Source: Chloroflexota bacterium (GTDB lineage: Bacteria > Chloroflexota > Chloroflexia > QHBQ01). From it: a stretch of 64,000 bases of DNA. Positions 57,654 through 64,000 of this stretch are shown in pieces. The notes under the pieces are model-generated. The model searched no databases. It saw nothing but the letters and a program-made list of their open reading frames with translations, and was not told where the DNA came from. Location of the stretch: contig JAYUUN010000082.1 in assembly GCA_043754535.1 (NCBI GenBank), positions 1-64,000 on the forward strand, read 5' to 3'. The first letter of the stretch is position 1, and each line of letters starts with the position of its first letter. A program made the position numbers and the translations under genes.

Positions 57654-58268
57654 CTAGTCAGCAGGTTTGATCACCCCCCAGCCATTGAGCAGGCTCTCAC
57701 AGGCTTGCTGCACCAGGGCAGTAGTCTGCGGCCAGCCGCCACTGATCTGATTGCTGAGAGCGAGGGTGATCAGGCCATGGATAGTACCCCACATCATGTA
57801 GATCGCTGCATCCAGGTTAGCGATGCTGACCCCAGCAGCAGCAGCAGCAGCCTGCAAGCGGGGGCGGGTAATTTGGAACAATTCGCTGTTCTCCACCGGT
57901 TCGCTGAAGCGGCATGGCACACCATCCAGTCCGTTCATCACCCGGTAGCGTTCAGGGAACTGCTCGGCAAAGCGGCAGAAGGTTGGGGCAATACGGAGCA
58001 GAGCCTGCCGGGGCGAGTCGCCTGGTTGCGGTGCCTGACTAGCCTGCGCGGTGAGGATACCGTAGCCCTCAGCGATCAGTTCATCAAGGATCGCCTCCTT
58101 GCTCTCGAAATACTTGTAGATCAGCGGCGCGCTGTACTCAATCGCATCAGCGATCTTGCGGATGGTAACGTTCGGCCAACCCTCGGTAGCCGCTATCGCG
58201 CGGGCGGCTTGCAGGATGTTGTGCCGCATCAACAACTTTTCGCGTCCCCGTCGGGCTTCTGTGACCAT
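57654..58268 (-). CDS. TetR-family regulator (WHG-type C-terminus)
   Basis: VTIRKIADAIEYSAPLIYKYFESKE; WGTIHG. Confidence 0.92.
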   Translation of the reverse strand: MVTEARRGREKLLMRHNILQAARAIAATEGWPNVTIRKIADAIEYSAPLIYKYFESKEAILDELIAEGYGILTAQASQAPQPGDSPRQALLRIAPTFCRFAEQFPERYRVMNGLDGVPCRFSEPVENSELFQITRPRLQAAAAAAGVSIANLDAAIYMMWGTIHGLITLALSNQISGGWPQTTALVQQACESLLNGWGVIKPAD

Positions 58269-58365
58269 CGTTTACTCCTTAACCTTACATTTACCATTTT
58301 AACACTGTTCACCAAGTTTGTCAATAGCTGGAAGGACAGTTTCTGCAAATTGAAGCACAACCACA

Positions 58366-58402
58366 GCAAAAAGCCACCCCCGATCCTACGAGGTGGCTTG
58401 CT
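58366..58402 (-). terminator. Intrinsic terminator after flotillin
   Basis: Minus strand AAGCCACCTCG-TAGGAT-CGGGGGTGGCTT followed by TTT. Confidence 0.65.
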
Positions 58403-58414
58403 ACACTCTGCGAG

Positions 58415-59977
58415 CTAGAGACTGGGATTGTTGCTGTCGGTTGGGGCGATGGTAGTCGTGGTGGTTGTGGTGGTTCCGGCTAGCGGCGCGAGGGTATTGC
58501 CGTCGTCGGGGCTGGAGTGGCTGCCGTTGCCGTTGCTGCTAACGCGGGTGGCAGTGCTATCAACAGGGCGTAGGTGGCTAATCAGGTCGTTGACACGCAC
58601 ACCGGTTAGGGTCTCGAACATAGCAGGAACCTGGGCTACAATACGGGCCACATCACCGGTGATGCGGCTTGCGCCAGTATTATCGCTGTCACCAGTGCTG
58701 ACGATAGTGATCTTATCCACGTTGTTGAGTGGGGCAGCAATGGCCCGCACGATCTCTGGCATCTGCGAAAGCAGCTTGTCCAGAATGGCGGCCTGGTTGT
58801 ACTGGTTGAAGGCGGCGGCTCGCAGAGTCATCGCGTCGGCCTCAGCCTGGCCCTTCGCTCGGATCACGTCAGCCTCAGCCAAACCCTGGATACGGTTAGC
58901 GTCAGCGGCCCCAGCCCCCTGCGCCCTGGTTGCGGCGGCCTCACCCTCGGCCTCGATGGTGCGCCGCTGGCGTTCGGCCTCGGCTAGCGTCTGGATGCGC
59001 TGCCGCTCGATCTCGGCGGGCTTGAGGATAGTGGCGATCAGTTCGTTCTCGCGGCGTTGAATCTCGACCAACTGCACCCGCGTTTCCTCCTCGCGCCTGA
59101 CCCGCTCGATCCGCACTTGCTCGATCACCACCTGCTGCTGCTGGATGTTAGCCTGGATGTCGTACGCCTTGTCGGCCTGGGCCTGAGCCGTGCGCACGCC
59201 CCCGGCGTATTCAGCCTTCTTCAACTCAAGGTCGCGCTGGGCTTCGGCCTGGCGGGTCTGGCTGGCAGTCTCGGCAATCACCCGCTCCTGGTTGGCAAGG
59301 GCGGCGGCAACCGAAGCTTCGCGGGCTGCCTGGGCGCGGCGCACTGCTGTGTCGCGGTCAGCTTCGGCAGAGGCGATGTCAGCATCACGGCGGATGCGGG
59401 CAATGTCAGGGCGGCCCATGTTAGAGATGTACTCGTTTTTGTCGCGCACCTCGCGGATGGTAAAGGAGATCACCTCCAGGCCCATCTTGTTCAAGTCTTC
59501 AGCTACGGTTGAGCGCATCTTGCTACCCACCATCTCTGGCTCCTTAACGATCTGCTCGACCGTAAGCTGCCCGACGATGCCGCGCAAGTGGCCCTCCATG
59601 ACCAAGCGGATCAGGTTCTCACGCTCTAGTGGGTTCTTGTTCAGCAGTTGCTCGGCGGCGGTCAAAATGCTATCGCGGTCGCTCTTGATCTTCAGTTGGG
59701 TCACGGCCTCGACGGTGACGGCCACGCCTTGCAGGGTGTAGAGGTCTTGCTGAGGGGCGACATCGAACGACATTAGCTCCAGCGACAGTTCGCGCGCGCT
59801 CTGAATCCAGGGCAGCACGAAGGTAGCCCCAGCTTTGTGGACTTGTGCGCCACCACGCCCGTAGACGATCAACGCCTGGTTGGGGCCAACCTTGCGGTAG
59901 ATGCTGAGCAGGCCAAAGATGATCAGGAAGAAGACGAGGGCGGCCATAGCCGCCAGGATCAGGATAGTTGGCTCCAT
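58415..59977 (-). CDS. Flotillin (SPFH domain) protein
   Basis: N-terminal TM, YRKVGPNQALIV, EGHLRGIVG, AEA-rich coiled coil. Confidence 0.95.
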   Translation of the reverse strand: MEPTILILAAMAALVFFLIIFGLLSIYRKVGPNQALIVYGRGGAQVHKAGATFVLPWIQSARELSLELMSFDVAPQQDLYTLQGVAVTVEAVTQLKIKSDRDSILTAAEQLLNKNPLERENLIRLVMEGHLRGIVGQLTVEQIVKEPEMVGSKMRSTVAEDLNKMGLEVISFTIREVRDKNEYISNMGRPDIARIRRDADIASAEADRDTAVRRAQAAREASVAAALANQERVIAETASQTRQAEAQRDLELKKAEYAGGVRTAQAQADKAYDIQANIQQQQVVIEQVRIERVRREEETRVQLVEIQRRENELIATILKPAEIERQRIQTLAEAERQRRTIEAEGEAAATRAQGAGAADANRIQGLAEADVIRAKGQAEADAMTLRAAAFNQYNQAAILDKLLSQMPEIVRAIAAPLNNVDKITIVSTGDSDNTGASRITGDVARIVAQVPAMFETLTGVRVNDLISHLRPVDSTATRVSSNGNGSHSSPDDGNTLAPLAGTTTTTTTTIAPTDSNNPSL

Positions 59978-60006
59978 GCTTAAACCTTCCTTCTTGGACA
60001 ACAAAA

Positions 60007-60789
60007 TTACTGCGACAAACGACCGGGTTGTGGGGCTTCTTCGGCTGGGGGGCTGAGGTCGGCGGGGTTGTTCGCGGCTAGGATTTCATCCACCGACTGC
60101 ACGTAAGCCACTCCATGCTCGTAGCGCAGGACGACGACCTCGGTGCCACGGGGGATTGGGCGGCCACTGACACTGCGCGCACTCTCACCGCGGATTACGC
60201 CCGCCGCCCGATAGGTGATCTCGCCCATGCCATCGGCGAAGATAGTACTGGTTACGGTAGCTTTGCGTCCAGTCAGGTCAGCGTCGCTGCTACGCATCGG
60301 TGGGGTGCTAGACTTGACCAGGAAGCGGCTGAGGAAAGCAAAGACCAGTGCGCCACCGACCACGCCGACGGTGACAGCCAGCAGCAGGATTACGACACCC
60401 ACTATGGGAGTATAGCTGTAGAGGATGTAGCCAGTTGCGCCAAACCAGGTGAGAAAGATCATCACCGTGCTGAGGTTGAAGGGGCTGATCCCTGGCGTGT
60501 TGTCTACCGTACCACTGGCATGACCCTGCCCACCAACGTGCGCGTGGGCAACGGCGTGACTAAGCTCCTTGACGCTGCCACCACCCGCGTGGTCGCTTGC
60601 GCCACCTGCGTGACCACCCGCATGACCACCTGCGTGACCGAGGTGGCCGACGTGCGCCCCACTACCACCCCCGCCCATGTCGTGGCCGAGGCCAAACAGG
60701 AAGGAGATAACCGTGAAAAAGAGGCCGAAGAAGGTACAGAACAGGTAAAAAGCTGCTTGCCCATCTTTGATGTTAAACAGGCTGTCCAT
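60007..60789 (-). CDS. NfeD-like (YuaF-type) membrane protein
   Basis: TMs, His/Gly-rich loop, FLTWFGATG, OB-fold G..ATV...GEI...GTEVVVL; directly upstream of flotillin. Confidence 0.88.
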   Translation of the reverse strand: MDSLFNIKDGQAAFYLFCTFFGLFFTVISFLFGLGHDMGGGGSGAHVGHLGHAGGHAGGHAGGASDHAGGGSVKELSHAVAHAHVGGQGHASGTVDNTPGISPFNLSTVMIFLTWFGATGYILYSYTPIVGVVILLLAVTVGVVGGALVFAFLSRFLVKSSTPPMRSSDADLTGRKATVTSTIFADGMGEITYRAAGVIRGESARSVSGRPIPRGTEVVVLRYEHGVAYVQSVDEILAANNPADLSPPAEEAPQPGRLSQ

Positions 60790-60844
60790 GTTTGCTAACC
60801 TCATAAACCAGGAAGAACGTTTGCGGATCGCCACTCTACTAGTG

Positions 60845-60873
60845 TATACGCAATCGCAGCGCAGGATGTTACA
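60845..60873 (-). promoter_or_regulatory. Putative ECF (SigW-like) promoter for nfeD-flotillin
   Basis: TGTAAC-N17-CGTATA on minus strand. Confidence 0.55.
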
Positions 60874-61091
60874 AGATAGGCGGCGAGATTGGAGGAATGT
60901 GGAGCGGCGAAAATAACCGCTCACCATTGCAGCAGCCTGAACCACGAGCAGGCCGCCAAATATATATGTAACATCTAGCCACAGCAGGCGGTCTAAGCCA
61001 GTGCGCAGGTATATCGGGATTCGCCAAAGGATCACTCATCTGCTATAATTAGGGTGACACTAACGCCCGCAAAAGGGGGATTACCCAGCGA

Positions 61092-62315
61092 ATGCTTGTA
61101 ATTAAAGGTGGCCTGCTGATCACGATGGACGGTGACGATATTGAGGCGGGCAGCATCCAGATCGATCCTGCCACTGGTAAAATCGTGGCAGTCGGTAAAG
61201 ACCTGCCCGTTGCCGAGGGCGACGAGGTGATCGAGGCTCACGGCAAGTTCATCCACCCCGGCTATATAGACACCCACACCCACGCGGGCATCCACGAGGA
61301 GTCCACTGGCAACGCGGGCAACGACACCAACGAGATGACTGACCCTATTGGCCCCCAGCACCGCGCCCTGGATGCAACCTTTATGGACGACGAGTCGTTC
61401 CGCGATGCGCTCAAGGCCGGGATCACCACCGTCCTCGTCACCCCCGGCAGCGGCAATCTGATGGGCGGCCAGTCGGTAGTACTCAAGACCTGGACTGCGG
61501 GGCCGGGCCACATCATAGATCATGCTGTGCTACGCGCCCCCGCTGGCATCAAGTGCGCCTTTGGCGAGAACCCCAAACGCGTCTACGGCGAGCAGAAGAA
61601 GAACCCATCCACCCGCCTTGGTAATGCCAGCCTGTTCCGCGAGACGCTCATTCGTGGCCTCAACTACCTGGAGAAGGTGACAAAGGCCGACTCGGACAAG
61701 CCGTTTGAGCGCGACCTGCGGATGGAGTCGCTGGCCCTCGTGCTGCGCGGCGAAATCCCCTTCCGCATCCACTGCCACCGCGCCGACGATATCATGACCG
61801 TGCTGCGCCTGCGCGACGAGTTTGGTTTCGGCCTGGTGCTGGAACATGGCACCGAAGCCTGGAAGGTGGCCGACGAACTGGTAAAGCGGGGTGTGGCCGT
61901 CAGTTGTGGCCCACTAATGACCGCGCGCAGCAAGGTGGAGTTGAAAGAGCGCAGCTTCCGCACCCCAGGGCTGCTAGTACAGGCTGGGGTCAAGATCAGC
62001 ATCATGACCGATCACCCAGTCGTGCCAATCCAACACCTAGTCACCCAGGTCTGCATTGCGGTGCGCGAGGGCATGGACGCTCGCGAAGCCCTCAAAGCAG
62101 TAACGATCAACGCCGCTGAAATCCTCGGCGTAGAAGCCCGCGTCGGCAGCCTCACCGTTGGCAAGGACGCAAACATCGTTGTCCGCGACCGCCACCCGCT
62201 GGAACTCGACTCGCTGGTGGAACAGGTGCTGATGGACGGCAAAGTAGTTTGCCGCCGCCGCCCCAACGCCCTGGCCCAACTGCCAGAGCAGGAGTACGAA
62301 ATCAGCACGAACTGA
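61092..62315 (+). CDS. Amidohydrolase family protein
   Basis: PGYIDTHTH, KCAFGENPK, HCHRADD, EHGTE, TDHPV, GSLTVGKDA. Confidence 0.93.
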   Translation: MLVIKGGLLITMDGDDIEAGSIQIDPATGKIVAVGKDLPVAEGDEVIEAHGKFIHPGYIDTHTHAGIHEESTGNAGNDTNEMTDPIGPQHRALDATFMDDESFRDALKAGITTVLVTPGSGNLMGGQSVVLKTWTAGPGHIIDHAVLRAPAGIKCAFGENPKRVYGEQKKNPSTRLGNASLFRETLIRGLNYLEKVTKADSDKPFERDLRMESLALVLRGEIPFRIHCHRADDIMTVLRLRDEFGFGLVLEHGTEAWKVADELVKRGVAVSCGPLMTARSKVELKERSFRTPGLLVQAGVKISIMTDHPVVPIQHLVTQVCIAVREGMDAREALKAVTINAAEILGVEARVGSLTVGKDANIVVRDRHPLELDSLVEQVLMDGKVVCRRRPNALAQLPEQEYEISTN

Positions 62316-62446
62316 GTTATATAGAGGGAGCCATTGCCCAACAGCAGGCTTCATAGACTGATCAGGCAGATCAGACAGACCAGACGCAATTGGCTAGCCT
62401 GACTACGCCCCTGTTTGGGGGTTACAGTTGAAAAGAAGGAGAACCT

Positions 62447-63403
62447 ATGGCTGCTTACGGAGTTAACCCGCTACTAGAGAACAAGTTGCGGCAGTTGTAC
62501 AAGGATCACCTCGAACGGAGCAACAAGACGGACTGGAGCTATGCCAGCCTGATCCCCTGGGAGCGGGGCCGCAACTATGATAGCGATCCGTGGTCGCCCG
62601 AACAAGTGACGATCTCGCCCGGCCTCTATGTTGCTATCGAAACGGCCTTGCTGACCGAGGTTAACCTGCCCTGGTTCACTAGTGGCCTGACCGACACATT
62701 TCGGGGCGAACTGGAAGTGCTGCAAGACTTCATCCGCACCTGGACGAGCGAGGAGGATCAGCATGGCAATGTGCTGAACACCTACCTGCTGCTCACTCGC
62801 AACTCTGATCCGCAGCGGTTGCACGAGTTGCGTAAGACTGTGATCCGCACTGGCTGGGATCCAGGCGGCCTAAGCCCCTTCCAGGCGATGGTCTATACTG
62901 CGATCCAAGAATTGGCGACCAAGGTCTACTACCTTAATGTGGCCCGCATCTCTGATGACCAGGACCCCCAACTCTCGCACATCCTGCGCCAGATCACCAA
63001 GGATGAGACGCTGCACTACGCCTTCTACCGTGACGCGGTGAAAGCCCACCTGGAAGTCAACCCTAACTATGTTGAGGCAGTAGTCGAGGTAATGATGGGC
63101 TTCGTGATGCCAGGGCATGGGATGCCCGATATCGCAGAGCGGGTGCGCTTGACCGAACTGAACGCCATCTACACCCTGGAACACTATTACACCCAGGTTT
63201 TGCAGACCTTGATGAGGGTGTGGGACATTGGTAGCCTCAAGCCCGATGCGCCCAGTGCTATCGAGTCGATGATCAAGATGAACAAGCACCTTGACCGCGT
63301 TGCTCGTCTGGCCGCCTTTGCCGAGCGTAAGCGCGGTAGTGCCGACCAGGACGCTCGTGCTGCCTCCGAACTGATCGCCGCTGGCTGGCGCGGCCCTATG
63401 TGA
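62447..63403 (+). CDS. Acyl-ACP desaturase-like diiron protein (DesA type)
   Basis: LLTEVNLP, WTSEEDQH, IQELAT, KDETLHY, MPG. Confidence 0.88.
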   Translation: MAAYGVNPLLENKLRQLYKDHLERSNKTDWSYASLIPWERGRNYDSDPWSPEQVTISPGLYVAIETALLTEVNLPWFTSGLTDTFRGELEVLQDFIRTWTSEEDQHGNVLNTYLLLTRNSDPQRLHELRKTVIRTGWDPGGLSPFQAMVYTAIQELATKVYYLNVARISDDQDPQLSHILRQITKDETLHYAFYRDAVKAHLEVNPNYVEAVVEVMMGFVMPGHGMPDIAERVRLTELNAIYTLEHYYTQVLQTLMRVWDIGSLKPDAPSAIESMIKMNKHLDRVARLAAFAERKRGSADQDARAASELIAAGWRGPM

Positions 63404-63567
63404 GCCATTTAGGGAGAGCGTCGACAGCGGTAGGCAGGGGGCCTGCCAGTGATCTTCAGAGGGCGTACCAGGTGGTGCGCCCTCTCTCGTGGCTGCTTTG
63501 GGGCAGTGGCCCTCAGGTTTTTGCAACCCAGTGGTTGGAGGTGATCGACATTCATACAGCAGCCTAC

Positions 63568-64000
63568 TCAGGCGACGACGTAATCTGCGCCCCAGATTAC
63601 CCGCAGCACCTCAGCCCCGTAGCGCATGATCGCCTCGCTGCTCACGCCATAGGCCCGCGAGAGTTCGTGCAGCGTCTGGGGGGCAAGGGCGGCCACGCTC
63701 CGCAGGCTGCTGCTGTAGAACAGATTGGTTAGCTGCACGCCATCGCGGACTGAAACTGCTTGCCGCCAATCGAGCAACAGTTGGTAGCGGTGGGCCTGGG
63801 CTGCGTCCAGTTCGTCAGGGTCGGGTACCAATTCGCGGCCCGCCTGTGCGACCTCACGGTTCTGCCCCGCTGTCGGGCTGGCTGGCACGATGATCAGGTC
63901 GGCGGGCGGTATCGCTCCAGCCAGCGCAAGTGACCCCAACCCAACCAGTGGGTCTTGCTGTTCACCCAATGCAAGGTAGCCTGCCGTGGCTAGCTTGTGG
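63568..64000 (-). CDS. HRDC-domain C-terminus of a protein running off the window end
   Basis: LLDWRQAVS...LF...LRSVAALAPQTLHELS..YGV......YGAEVL. Confidence 0.65.
   Translation of the reverse strand, partial: HKLATAGYLALGEQQDPLVGLGSLALAGAIPPADLIIVPASPTAGQNREVAQAGRELVPDPDELDAAQAHRYQLLLDWRQAVSVRDGVQLTNLFYSSSLRSVAALAPQTLHELSRAYGVSSEAIMRYGAEVLRVIWGADYVVA

Noticed and set aside
62351..62390. Short imperfect 9-bp tandem repeats upstream of the desaturase
   Set aside because: Too short and degenerate to support as a binding site without comparative data

Overview
GC-rich bacterial chromosomal window, most consistent with Chloroflexota. This is inferred from a Chloroflexi-style SLH domain, a stand-alone V4R protein, a giant Big_5/alpha-2-macroglobulin, CruF and hslUV; it was not verified. 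Most of the window is housekeeping or accessory metabolism: tRNA-Leu(CAG), tRNA-Arg(CCT), an enoyl-ACP reductase, GH57, glycerate kinase, yggS, a CCA-type nucleotidyltransferase, rlmN, hslUV, rpmI-rplT, a fully split dhaM-HPr-dhaK-dhaL-ptsI operon, nfeD-flotillin and an acyl-ACP desaturase. The most interesting stretch is about 26.6-35.9 kb. It holds (i) a cluster of related hairpins; (ii) a divergent TGT/DpdA-like base-exchange enzyme overlapping an unknown, probably winged-helix gene, facing a Cas4/AddB-like PD-(D/E)XK nuclease whose upstream context is occupied by IS1/ISAs1 debris, which is a candidate non-canonical nucleic-acid modification/defence module; and (iii) a ClpA-like AAA+ unfoldase followed by two paralogous YbjN-fold proteins with acidic/Pro-rich tails, a candidate adaptor-chaperone system. 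Other oddities are a ligase-less Pnkp, a thioester-less A2M, an SLH gene broken at a pentanucleotide repeat, and a poly-Asp-tailed HslV. No CRISPR array or rRNA was seen. All product calls come from motif recognition by eye; no database search was run.
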